IMG/VR virus record: IMGVR_UViG_3300025890_001884
Length of the DNA: 64,000 nucleotides
Direction: 5' to 3' (one strand)
From: an uncultured virus (IMG/VR IMGVR_UViG_3300025890_001884)
Taxonomy: Duplodnaviria > Heunggongvirae > Uroviricota > Caudoviricetes
Position numbers and translations under genes: made by a program. Numbering within the stretch: the stretch's first letter is position 1; each line of letters starts with the position of its first letter. Positions 35,958 through 44,864 of this stretch are shown one piece after another. The notes under the pieces were generated by a model that had not been told where the DNA came from, did not search any database, and saw only the letters and a program-made list of their open reading frames with translations.

Positions 35958-38690
35958 TTAAGAATCGCTCCATTGTGAGCCATCCCAATAAGATAATCCA
36001 AAGTCTGCTAGACTCGCAACTTCGGTATCAAAAATTGTACCTGCTTGGGAGGCGGTTATTCTTTCAAATACTGTTGTTGTCGTATCGAAAGTTGTTGTTG
36101 TTAAGTGGTCAGTTGTTCTGTTTGTTTCTGTTGCTCTAGTTGTGGAGATAGTAGTTGTTGTTGTTCTATCTGTTCCAAAAGTAGTAGTCCTAGTTGTTTC
36201 AAAAGTGGTTGTAGTTCCAAATGTAGTTGTTCTACTTGTTTGAGTAGATTGACTTGTTTCAAAAGTACTTGTTGTTGTTCTGCTTGAACCAGTTGTTCTA
36301 CTAGAGGCTGTGCTTCTATCTGTATCAAATGCTGTTGTTGTTTCTCTGCTTGAAGCTGTTGATCTAGTTGTAACTGTTCCCTGTGAAGTCTCAAACGTTG
36401 TGGTTGTAGCTCTACTTGAAGCTGTTGACCTAGCTGTATTAAATGTTGTTGTTGTAGAGTGAGATGTTCCAGTAGTTCTAGAAGATGCTCTCGAAGTAAT
36501 ATAAGCAGTTTCGTAAGCTGTAGATTGACTAGTGTTTGTACTTCTACTTGTGTTTGTAGTTTGTGTAGTATTCGTACCTCTTGCAGTATTCGTACTTCTT
36601 GCAGTAATATATGAACTAATAGTAGCGAATGTTGTATTATCAATATATGCTGTACTAGTAGCAAATGTAGTTGCTGTATTTGTAGCCTGAGTAGTATTAG
36701 TACTTCTACTTGTGTTTGTAGCTTGAGTAGTATTCGTACTTCTGCTTGTTCCAAATGATGTATTATTTGTAAACGCTGTATTATTTGTAAAGCCAGTACT
36801 TCTACTTGTGTTTGTGGCTTGAGAAGTATTTGTACTTCTACTTGTACCAAATGCTGTATTATCAATATAGGCTGTTACTGTATTAGTATTTCTAGCTGTA
36901 TTTGTAGCCTGAGTAGTATTAGTACTTCTTGATGTGTTTGTAGCTTGAGTAGTATTCGTACTTCTACTCGTACCAAACGCTGTATTATCAATATACGCTG
37001 TAGTTCTAGAAGTGTTTGTATTTCTACTCGTACCAAACGCTGTATTATCAATATACGCTGTTATTCTACTAGTATTAGTATTTCTAGAGGTATTATTTGT
37101 AAATCCTGTACCTCTAGAAGTATTAGTATTTCTAGAGGTATTATTTGTAAATCCTGTGCTATTTGTAAATCCTGTAGCTCTACTTGTATTATTTGTAAAT
37201 CCTGTAGAGTTTGTAAAGCCAGTACTTCTTGAACCTGCTGTATTGTTTGTAAAGCCAGTTGACCTTGATGTATTATTAGATGCAGTATAGAATTGTGTTC
37301 CACCTTCTGGGTCAAAGTTATAATCAATGTATACAGTTATGTAAATAGTAGTTCTAGAAGTGTTTGTTGAAACGGCAATTGCTGTGTTTCTGGAAGTGTT
37401 CGTATTTCTAGCAGTGTTGGTTGCAAAAGCGGTGTTTCTAGCAGTATTAGTATTTCTAGCTGTATTTGTAGCAAAACTTGTAGAGTTTGTAAACGCTGTA
37501 TTTCTTGCAGTATTTGTAGCAAAACTTGTAGAGTTAGTAAATCCTGTACTTCTACTTGTATTTGTTGCCTGCGTAGTATTATACGCAGTAGAGTTTGTAA
37601 AAGCGGTGTTTCTACTTGTGTTTGTTGCTTGTGTAGTAGTATAAGCTGTTATAGTAGCAAATGTTGTATTGTCAATATAAGCTGTTGTAGTAGCAAATGT
37701 TGTGTTATCAATATATGCTGTTGACGTATTAGTATTTCTAGAAGTATTGGTTGCCTGCGTAGTAGTATAAGCTGTTATAGTAGCAAATGTTGTATTGTCA
37801 ATATATGCAGTATCTCTAGCTGTGTTAGTACTTCTTGCTGTATTTGTTGATTGTGTAGTAGCATACGCTGTTATAGTAGCAAATGATGTATTATCAATAT
37901 ATGCTGTTGTTGTTGCAAATGTAGTAGTAGTACCAGTTGTTTGTGTTGTGTTCGTGCTTCTAGACGTATTTGTTGCTTGTGTAGTATTTGTGCTTACTGT
38001 TGTTCCAACTGCTGTATTATCAGTATATGCTGTCGATGTAATAAATGTTGTTGTATCTTCGTAAGCAGTTGTTGTTGCAAAAGATGTGTTTCTGCTAGTA
38101 CCTATTGTTGTATCAAAAGATGTTATGTATGCAGTTGTAGTATTAAATGCTGTAGTTGTACTTTTACTTGTATTAAATGTTGTAGTTGTAGTAAAGGCCG
38201 TTGTAGTCGACTGCGAAGTATTAAATGTTGTTGTTGTATTAAATGTCGTAGTTGTAGTATACGCTGTCGTCGTACCTTGTGAAGTTGTAAAAGTAGTTGT
38301 AGTTGTAAACGCTGTAGTTGTATTAAAAGCAGTTGTAGTACTGGTTGTTGTATTGAATACTGTTGTTGTTGCAAATGTAGTTGTTCTACTTGTGTCTGTT
38401 GTTCTGCTAGTGTCGAAAGTTGTACTTCTACTTGTATCAAAAGTTGTTGTAGTATTGTAGTCGGTATCAAAAGTAGTAGTCGTATTGAATACTGTATTTT
38501 GTACACCTGATATAGTACTAGTAGTTGTAGCAGTCTGTCTTGTAGTCGAGTGCGTAGCAGTAAACGGCCCAGCTAAAGTTCCGCCATCATTGACGTAAAC
38601 TTCGTTGACACGACGAATTGTTCCACTGTCGTTGACAGCGATAAATCGAACAGTCCGTAGTGTGCCGGAATCGTTTACAAATATTGCCAT
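35958..38690 (-). CDS. 910-aa Thr/Asn/Ser-rich repeat fibre protein with mirror-complementary halves
   Basis: N-terminal 3x VND(S/G)GT domain, about 830 aa of 4/6-residue Thr-started units, and a unique central TVYIDYNFDPEGGTQFY. Confidence 0.85.
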   Translation of the reverse strand: MAIFVNDSGTLRTVRFIAVNDSGTIRRVNEVYVNDGGTLAGPFTATHSTTRQTATTTSTISGVQNTVFNTTTTFDTDYNTTTTFDTSRSTTFDTSRTTDTSRTTTFATTTVFNTTTSTTTAFNTTTAFTTTTTFTTSQGTTTAYTTTTTFNTTTTFNTSQSTTTAFTTTTTFNTSKSTTTAFNTTTAYITSFDTTIGTSRNTSFATTTAYEDTTTFITSTAYTDNTAVGTTVSTNTTQATNTSRSTNTTQTTGTTTTFATTTAYIDNTSFATITAYATTQSTNTARSTNTARDTAYIDNTTFATITAYTTTQATNTSRNTNTSTAYIDNTTFATTTAYIDNTTFATITAYTTTQATNTSRNTAFTNSTAYNTTQATNTSRSTGFTNSTSFATNTARNTAFTNSTSFATNTARNTNTARNTAFATNTARNTNTSRNTAIAVSTNTSRTTIYITVYIDYNFDPEGGTQFYTASNNTSRSTGFTNNTAGSRSTGFTNSTGFTNNTSRATGFTNSTGFTNNTSRNTNTSRGTGFTNNTSRNTNTSRITAYIDNTAFGTSRNTNTSRTTAYIDNTAFGTSRSTNTTQATNTSRSTNTTQATNTARNTNTVTAYIDNTAFGTSRSTNTSQATNTSRSTGFTNNTAFTNNTSFGTSRSTNTTQATNTSRSTNTTQATNTATTFATSTAYIDNTTFATISSYITARSTNTARGTNTTQTTNTSRSTNTSQSTAYETAYITSRASSRTTGTSHSTTTTFNTARSTASSRATTTTFETSQGTVTTRSTASSRETTTAFDTDRSTASSRTTGSSRTTTSTFETSQSTQTSRTTTFGTTTTFETTRTTTFGTDRTTTTTISTTRATETNRTTDHLTTTTFDTTTTVFERITASQAGTIFDTEVASLADFGLSYWDGSQWSDS
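36070..38555 (-). repeat. Coding array of 12- and 18-nt units, symmetric in protein about 37310
   Basis: Units TNTSRS, TNTTQA, TAYIDN, TGFTNN, TTFATI, TSRS, TAFG. Near-identical DNA copies, e.g. 36962-37000 vs 37022-37060. Confidence 0.9.
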
Positions 38691-38693
38691 GTC

Positions 38694-38918
38694 TTAACTC
38701 GAGTATACGAAAAAGATGTGGCCGCTTGACGTACTTCCTACTCCTGTTGGAGCAGTCGTAGTAATTGTGTGCGGTAATCTAGCTGAAGGCACTGTGCCTG
38801 ATGTAATCTTGGCTGCTGCGATACCTGCACCTTGAAAGTTTGCGCTGGAATCTACGGCTTGAACACCATCAATTTTTATTCCTGCGTCTTCGATATTAAA
38901 ATCTAATTTTTGTCCCAT
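38694..38918 (-). CDS. Small virion/fibre-associated protein
   Basis: IAAAKITSGTVPSARLP fibre-type motif. Tightly coupled to its neighbours. Confidence 0.55.
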   Translation of the reverse strand: MGQKLDFNIEDAGIKIDGVQAVDSSANFQGAGIAAAKITSGTVPSARLPHTITTTAPTGVGSTSSGHIFFVYSS

Positions 38919-38919
38919 T

Positions 38920-41900
38920 TTATACCTCTATTGTTGTTCTTATATATTTATAAGCCATTGTATCACCACTTGCTGGTGTTACTCTTAATCTTACATTACC
39001 ACTACTTATATCTGCATCAAATGTTGCTTGTGCACCATTATCAAATATAGAAGCGTACTGCGTTAAATAAACTGTTGTTCCGTCATGGAAAAGTGTTATT
39101 TCTAGTGATTGATAATCACTGTCTGTTGAATTTGTTATCTGTACTAAATATTTAGCAGTTCTAAATGTAGCTGCTGTAAAACTATCTAGTGTAAATACTG
39201 TTGTTGCTGTAGAGCTTCCTGTGCCTACATCCATACCAGCTACTTCATCTATGTGAAGTTTTTGTGGTGGTGCTGAATCTTGGATACCTAAGTTACCATT
39301 TACATTTGTTGTATCGGCACCATCTCCAAGTGTAACTGCTCCAGAGAATGTAATATTCCCTGTCATGTTTTTACCGCCAAGTGCTGCACTTGATAATTGT
39401 GTAGTTGTTACAGAGTTATTTGCAATCTCACTTGACCCAACAGCGTTTGCTGCTATTTTAGCTGCTGTTATTGCATTAGCATTTATTTTTGCAGTCGTTA
39501 CTTGTAAAGCTCCTAAATGAATTGTATCTATTGATCCAGTCTTTAATTCTGCGCTGTCTACTGCATTGGCTGCTATCTCTGCTGAGCCTACTGCGTCAGT
39601 AGCTATTAAGTCTGCGGTAATTAATCCTGAGGATATCATACCTACATTGTTAATTGCATTGTCTGCCATCTTAGCTGCTGTTACTGAATCAGCGGCAAGA
39701 TGTATTGTATCAATACTACCACTTACTAATTCTGATGAATCTACCGAGTTAGCCGCTAATTCTGAAGAACCTATTGCTCCTACAGTAATTGATTCTGCTG
39801 TTACTGAATTACTTGCTATCTTAGCTGCTGTAACAGCATTATCAGCTATCTTAGCTGTTGTTACATTAGCATTTGCAATATGTGCTGTATCAATACTGCC
39901 GTCTACATAATGTTCTGAATTTATAGAATCATCTGCAATTTTTGTTCCATCTATTGCGTCATCTGCAATATTACCAGTAGCAATAGTATTAGCTGCTATA
40001 TCTCCTGATACAATAGTTCCATTAGATATTAAGTCTGATGTAATTAAACCGCTTGATATAAATGCTACACTATTAATAGCGTTATCACCTATTTTAGCTG
40101 ATGTTACTGCATCACTTGCTAGTTGAGCTGCTCCTACTTGTCCATCATCAATATGTTTTGTTAAGATACTGTTCTGAGCTATCTTAGTTCCATCTACCGC
40201 GTTATCTGCTATGTTGGATGTTGCTATTGTGTTGGCTGCTATTTCAGCTGTTGTAACACTTCCTGCTATAATCTTACTTGCATTAACAGTATTGTTTGCT
40301 ATTGCAGAAGCTGTTCCTGTTAAGTTACCTGTTACGTTTCCTTCTATGTCTGCTACTAGTACACCTTTTGTATAACCTGTTCCACTTGTGTTTACTGTTG
40401 TGGTTGGCTGTACTTGTAAATCTTTGAATATTTGCCACTTACCAGAGTTATCTGCGTTTCTAAATATACCTGAGTATTTGTCTGTACCACTAGTATCATA
40501 TAATCCATAGAAACCTATATCAACTGCATCTGAACTTCCGTTGCCAGTTGCCATTGAGATAAGAGAATCTCCAGTTGTAATTGTTGTAGCTGAAGCTGCG
40601 AATGAGGTTCCTGATACTGTCACGTTTCCTGAGAAAGTAACATTACCTGACATTGTCTGTCCACTCAACGCATCTGATTTAAGTTCTGCTACTGATACAG
40701 CATTTGCTGCTATCTGGGTAGTTCCTACTGCATTTCCAGCTATTTCTACTGCGGAGACTGAATTTACTGCGAGTTTTGCATTTGTTACTTGGTCATCTCC
40801 AATATGTATTGTGTCTATTGAGCCTGATACTAGTTCTGCTGTATCTACTGAGTTTGCACCTAATTGAGTGCTAGTGATACTCCCGTCAGCAATCTTAGCC
40901 GCAGTAACTGCATTATCTGCTATCTTTGCTGTGGTTACATTAGCATTTAATATTTTTGCTGTTATAACTGAGTCAGAAGCTAGGTGTATGGCATCTATAG
41001 AGCCACTTACTAGTTCTGCTGTATCTACAGAGTTTGCAGCAAGTTGATCTGCTGTAATCTGTGCATCGTCTATGTGTCTTGTTAAAATACTATTAGAAGC
41101 AATCTTTGTACCGTCTACTGCGTTGTCTGCTATGTTACCTGTTGCTATAGTATTATCTGCTATATCTCCTGATACAATAGTACCATCTGCGATATGGTCT
41201 GAAGCAATTACTCCAGAAGGTAGCTTAGCTGCTGTAATAGCATTATCTGCTATTTTACCAGTTGTTACATTACTATTAGCTATTTTAGCTGTTGTAACTT
41301 GTGAAGCTCCTATATGTATAGTATCTATACTACCTGTTATTAGTTCTGCACTATCTACAGAGTTAGCCGCTAATAAATCTGCGGTAACAGTACCAGCTGG
41401 TATTTGAGTAGCCGTGACCGAGTTATTTGCTATTTCACTACTTCCTACTGAATTTACTGCAATTTTTGCACTTGTTACTGAGTTAGCGGCTAGTTTAGCT
41501 GCTGTTACTTGTAAAGCCCCTAAATGTATTGTATCTATTGAACCTGTTTTTAATTCTGATGAATCTACTGCATTTGCTGATATTTCTGCGTTTGCTATAG
41601 CGTTAGCAGCTACGTGTCTTGCTACTATTGAATCTGTTGCTATTTCAGCTCCTGTTACATTGTTTGCAGCTATCTTAGATGTTATTACTTGTGCAGTAGC
41701 AATGTGAGAAGAGTCTATACTTCCGTCTATTAGCTGAAGACTATCAACTGAATTAGTTGCTAGTGCAGCTGTGTCTATTGAGTTATCTGCAACTCCTGTT
41801 ACTGCTGACTGCTGTAGTTGAGCTGCTGCAATAGCATTAGTTGATATTTCACTAGTTCCTACTGCATTTGCTGCTATTTCACTACTTCCTACTGCGTTTG

Positions 41901-42006
41901 CTGCTATTTCACTTGCTGTAATTGAATTACTTACTATTTCAGTAGTACCTACTGCATTCGCCTCAAGTGAGGAGACTAATGCATTACTTTTTCCTATGAG
42001 TGACAT
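38920..42006 (-). CDS. Tail-fibre-like protein with 5/10-residue repeats
   Basis: Two long arrays of (A/D)N(A/S)V(T/G)xAKIA-type repeats flanking a non-repeat central domain, plus a C-terminal globular domain. Confidence 0.75.
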   Translation of the reverse strand: MSLIGKSNALVSSLEANAVGTTEIVSNSITASEIAANAVGSSEIAANAVGTSEISTNAIAAAQLQQSAVTGVADNSIDTAALATNSVDSLQLIDGSIDSSHIATAQVITSKIAANNVTGAEIATDSIVARHVAANAIANAEISANAVDSSELKTGSIDTIHLGALQVTAAKLAANSVTSAKIAVNSVGSSEIANNSVTATQIPAGTVTADLLAANSVDSAELITGSIDTIHIGASQVTTAKIANSNVTTGKIADNAITAAKLPSGVIASDHIADGTIVSGDIADNTIATGNIADNAVDGTKIASNSILTRHIDDAQITADQLAANSVDTAELVSGSIDAIHLASDSVITAKILNANVTTAKIADNAVTAAKIADGSITSTQLGANSVDTAELVSGSIDTIHIGDDQVTNAKLAVNSVSAVEIAGNAVGTTQIAANAVSVAELKSDALSGQTMSGNVTFSGNVTVSGTSFAASATTITTGDSLISMATGNGSSDAVDIGFYGLYDTSGTDKYSGIFRNADNSGKWQIFKDLQVQPTTTVNTSGTGYTKGVLVADIEGNVTGNLTGTASAIANNTVNASKIIAGSVTTAEIAANTIATSNIADNAVDGTKIAQNSILTKHIDDGQVGAAQLASDAVTSAKIGDNAINSVAFISSGLITSDLISNGTIVSGDIAANTIATGNIADDAIDGTKIADDSINSEHYVDGSIDTAHIANANVTTAKIADNAVTAAKIASNSVTAESITVGAIGSSELAANSVDSSELVSGSIDTIHLAADSVTAAKMADNAINNVGMISSGLITADLIATDAVGSAEIAANAVDSAELKTGSIDTIHLGALQVTTAKINANAITAAKIAANAVGSSEIANNSVTTTQLSSAALGGKNMTGNITFSGAVTLGDGADTTNVNGNLGIQDSAPPQKLHIDEVAGMDVGTGSSTATTVFTLDSFTAATFRTAKYLVQITNSTDSDYQSLEITLFHDGTTVYLTQYASIFDNGAQATFDADISSGNVRLRVTPASGDTMAYKYIRTTIEV

Positions 42007-42007
42007 A

Positions 42008-42340
42008 TTATGTTTGCTCCAAATATGAGAGTACGCAGTCGATTGAATTTGCTACATTACTCTGTACCTTGATTATATCCCCAGCTTCTAAAACAACTTT
42101 TGCATCTCCACCAATAACTACTTGTGTAGAATTACTTGGTATTGGAGTGTTATGCATTAAAGCTACGTGAGTACTTGAACTTGCGTCAAAAAACTCTACT
42201 GTTGCTTCAATTTGTCCACCACTTTGATTACAAATGTAACACCCAATAATTGTAGATGTTGTACTACCTGGGCAAGTATAGACACTCGTTAACGAGGTTC
42301 CTACACTAGCTTGTGATGCTGATTTAAATGCTGATGCCAT
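42008..42340 (-). CDS. Hypothetical virion protein
   Basis: YTCP...ICN...KVVLEAGDIIKV beta-sandwich pattern. Confidence 0.55.
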   Translation of the reverse strand: MASAFKSASQASVGTSLTSVYTCPGSTTSTIIGCYICNQSGGQIEATVEFFDASSSTHVALMHNTPIPSNSTQVVIGGDAKVVLEAGDIIKVQSNVANSIDCVLSYLEQT

Positions 42341-42344
42341 AATC

Positions 42345-42545
42345 TTATCCTAATGCTATGCTCAGTGCCAATGCTTCTGCTTCTGATATTCCTGCAGAAG
42401 TCAAAGTAACAATTTCACCTGAGCTGTTCTTTGTGTAAATTGTTTTGTCAGAAACATTCATAGCAAGTTCATGCGTTTGCAAATCACTTGTTTGAGGTAC
42501 ACTGCCTGCTGTTTCTGATCTTTTAATTTTAATTACATGGGACAT
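42345..42545 (-). CDS. Small fibre-associated protein
   Basis: IKIKRS...P...L...ELAMN..D start, shared with 42549..44105. Ends ALSIALG. Confidence 0.55.
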   Translation of the reverse strand: MSHVIKIKRSETAGSVPQTSDLQTHELAMNVSDKTIYTKNSSGEIVTLTSAGISEAEALALSIALG

Positions 42546-42548
42546 TTC

Positions 42549-44105
42549 TTAGAATGTTCCTCCGTCTAGTGTATTTGACCATGCGACTGTTCCGTTTGCT
42601 CCTACTTGAAGCATTTGACCTACTGAATTAGTAGAGTCATAAGTACCAATATTTAATGTTGTAAATTGATTACCACCATTTGCTCCGAAAATCATTTGAC
42701 CTTCAGCAATAGCGTTGTCTAAACCTTTAATTTGTAAAGTATCTGATGCTATTTCTATAGAAGTATTGTCTACATTAACTGAAAGAGTATTACCTGATTT
42801 ACCAAGTCCTGCTCCTGCTGTTACACTACCAGCTCCTGAGAACTGAGTAAAGGTTAATGCATCAGTACCAAGAGTTGCTGAACCAGTAACGTTTGAAAGA
42901 ACGAAACCTGCGTCTGCATTAGTAGAACCTTCTTCAATAAAAGTAAATAGTCCTCCAGTTACATCAGCACTTGAATCTGCGTCTAGCGCTCTTGTTAACA
43001 CTGCTGCGTTTGAACCATCACCGACTGTACTTACAAAGTAAACACCATTCTGTGTTCCTGTTGATTGATTTTTAACAAGTACTCTATCATTAAGTATTAA
43101 AGTAACACCGTCTACTGATATAGCTCCATTTGAGCCATATGTTAGAGTTGCCCCTACACCACCAGTACCATTATTATACGTTCCTGAAATAGCGGCTTCT
43201 GTTGCTACTCTACAAGAATCTTTAATATCTAGTGCTTGTTTTACGCTGTCTACGTATGCTTTAGTTGAGGCATCTGTTGCTTGGGTAGGAGTACCAATAT
43301 TAGTAATCCTGTTTGCACCCATGTCAATTGTTTGTGAGCCTGCAACTGTAAGTCCACCATCAAAGTCTACTGATGGGGTAAATGTTGTAGTACCAGCAAC
43401 TGTTATAGTATCGCTACTTGCGTTACCAATATTTACTGCTCCATTAAGAGTTGTGCCACCTGTGACTTCTAAATCGCCACTTGCAGTTACATCTGTACCA
43501 CTTATAGTACCTGCGGCTACTATATTACCTGAGCTCGCATTTACTGTGAATTTGTCAGTAGCAATTGCTAAGTTGCCAGTCATGTTTACGCCCGCTAGCG
43601 AACTTAATCCTACGACTGATAGAGCACTGCCTACTGTTGTTGATTCACTTCCGTTAGTAGTAACAAATTTTAGATATGAGGTTCCGCCCTGGTTTATATC
43701 TAATGCTGCTGCATTGTTATCTAATAGTGTGAGTGAATTTGCTTGACCTGAAAGGTCTAATGTACCACCATGAGTAATAACTAAATTGCCTGTTGGCGCT
43801 ATTGTTAAATTACCTGAAGCTGTACTAAGAGTATTGCTAGATCCTGTAATTACAATATTACCAGTTTTTAATTGGTCAATTTTGCTACTACTGTCAACTA
43901 CTACAGCTGAACTTGCTGTCAGCGTACCAGCTGTATGGTCGAGCATTTCGACATACAAGTCCCCGCCTATTGTTGTTACCGCCGAGGTGCTTGGATGCCC
44001 TACAAATAGTTTCTTTGAATTTGATGAATACGCTAATTCACCAGCACCGAGGGAAGAGGGAGCGGCGGAACTCGCACTTCTTTTGATTTTAATGGTTTGT
44101 GCCAT
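42549..44105 (-). CDS. Tail fibre protein
   Basis: IKIKRS...GELAY N-terminus, DASTKAYVD, DRVLVKNQ...NGVY, ends LDGGTF. Confidence 0.75.
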   Translation of the reverse strand: MAQTIKIKRSASSAAPSSLGAGELAYSSNSKKLFVGHPSTSAVTTIGGDLYVEMLDHTAGTLTASSAVVVDSSSKIDQLKTGNIVITGSSNTLSTASGNLTIAPTGNLVITHGGTLDLSGQANSLTLLDNNAAALDINQGGTSYLKFVTTNGSESTTVGSALSVVGLSSLAGVNMTGNLAIATDKFTVNASSGNIVAAGTISGTDVTASGDLEVTGGTTLNGAVNIGNASSDTITVAGTTTFTPSVDFDGGLTVAGSQTIDMGANRITNIGTPTQATDASTKAYVDSVKQALDIKDSCRVATEAAISGTYNNGTGGVGATLTYGSNGAISVDGVTLILNDRVLVKNQSTGTQNGVYFVSTVGDGSNAAVLTRALDADSSADVTGGLFTFIEEGSTNADAGFVLSNVTGSATLGTDALTFTQFSGAGSVTAGAGLGKSGNTLSVNVDNTSIEIASDTLQIKGLDNAIAEGQMIFGANGGNQFTTLNIGTYDSTNSVGQMLQVGANGTVAWSNTLDGGTF

Positions 44106-44124
44106 GTTTCTGTCCTAAATGAGC

Positions 44125-44505
44125 TTAAAAAGCCCCTGCGTCTATAGTGTCCGAGTCTGTTGAGTCGTTGCCTATCATTATAGGAACAAAACTATATACG
44201 CCCGAAGACGTTTCTCTATAGATCTTTAACTGATTGTCATCAGTGTCATAAAATAAATCTCCTTCCGCTAAGTTTGCTGTACTAGAGGCTGGAGAGGATG
44301 TTTGTACGAAAAATTGGTTAGCTAAAAAGTTAAGGGCTCCTTCGACAGTGGATTGACTAGAAAGTGTCCCTACCGGATTGTCGAATGTGAGTGAGCCTGC
44401 ATCTGTTGCACTGGCGGCTACAGCGCTAGAAACCGTTAATGTAGTGGTCTGTGCTGTTGCGCTTAAACTTGTAGTTTGAGGAGTAATCGTGACTGTAAGT
44501 GCCAT
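44125..44505 (-). CDS. Fibre-associated virion protein
   Basis: EGDLFYDTDDNQLKIY motif. Ends IDAGAF. Confidence 0.55.
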   Translation of the reverse strand: MALTVTITPQTTSLSATAQTTTLTVSSAVAASATDAGSLTFDNPVGTLSSQSTVEGALNFLANQFFVQTSSPASSTANLAEGDLFYDTDDNQLKIYRETSSGVYSFVPIMIGNDSTDSDTIDAGAF

Positions 44506-44843
44506 TATCTTGTAACTTCTGCTGTAACTCTTGCTACGCCTTGGATGAGTCTGGTAATACTGTTTGCACTACTGTTAAATAGTTCTAAATCATAATAGTA
44601 TTTTCCTGACGCTACGTTCCGTGTTAATGCATATCCTAAACTCATTGTTAATTTACCTTGTGCGGCATTTGTAACTGTACAAGAAAAGGTTGCTGTAAGA
44701 GTACTAGATGTTGGCGTGGGTCTTAGTTGTGCAGACGCAGTGTGACTACTCAGATTAACTGGGTCGCCGTTTTGCGCTACTACTAATTCTATGGAAAAGT
44801 CAGACCCCTGGTCTATGACTATATCATAATTTCCTGCTGCCAT
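44505..44843 (-). CDS. BppU-like / Ig-like baseplate-fibre adaptor
   Basis: YDIVIDQGSDF...GKYYYDLEL...RLIQG. GGAG RBS. Confidence 0.6.
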   Translation of the reverse strand: MAAGNYDIVIDQGSDFSIELVVAQNGDPVNLSSHTASAQLRPTPTSSTLTATFSCTVTNAAQGKLTMSLGYALTRNVASGKYYYDLELFNSSANSITRLIQGVARVTAEVTR

Positions 44844-44864
44844 AATTGTACTCCTATAAATAGA

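Noticed and set aside
36101..38506. Multiple Val/Leu-, Gln- or Cys-rich ORFs in alternative frames and on the + strand over the fibre gene
   Set aside because: Shadows of the ACN-rich repeat coding sequence. No RBS and no independent features.
36070..38555. Possible CRISPR array or DNA inverted repeat
   Set aside because: Repeats are codon-phased with synonymous variation and no unique spacers. The symmetry is in the protein, not in DNA complementarity.
38920..44105. Diversity-generating retroelement targeting the fibres
   Set aside because: No reverse transcriptase and no TR/VR pair differing at adenines seen.
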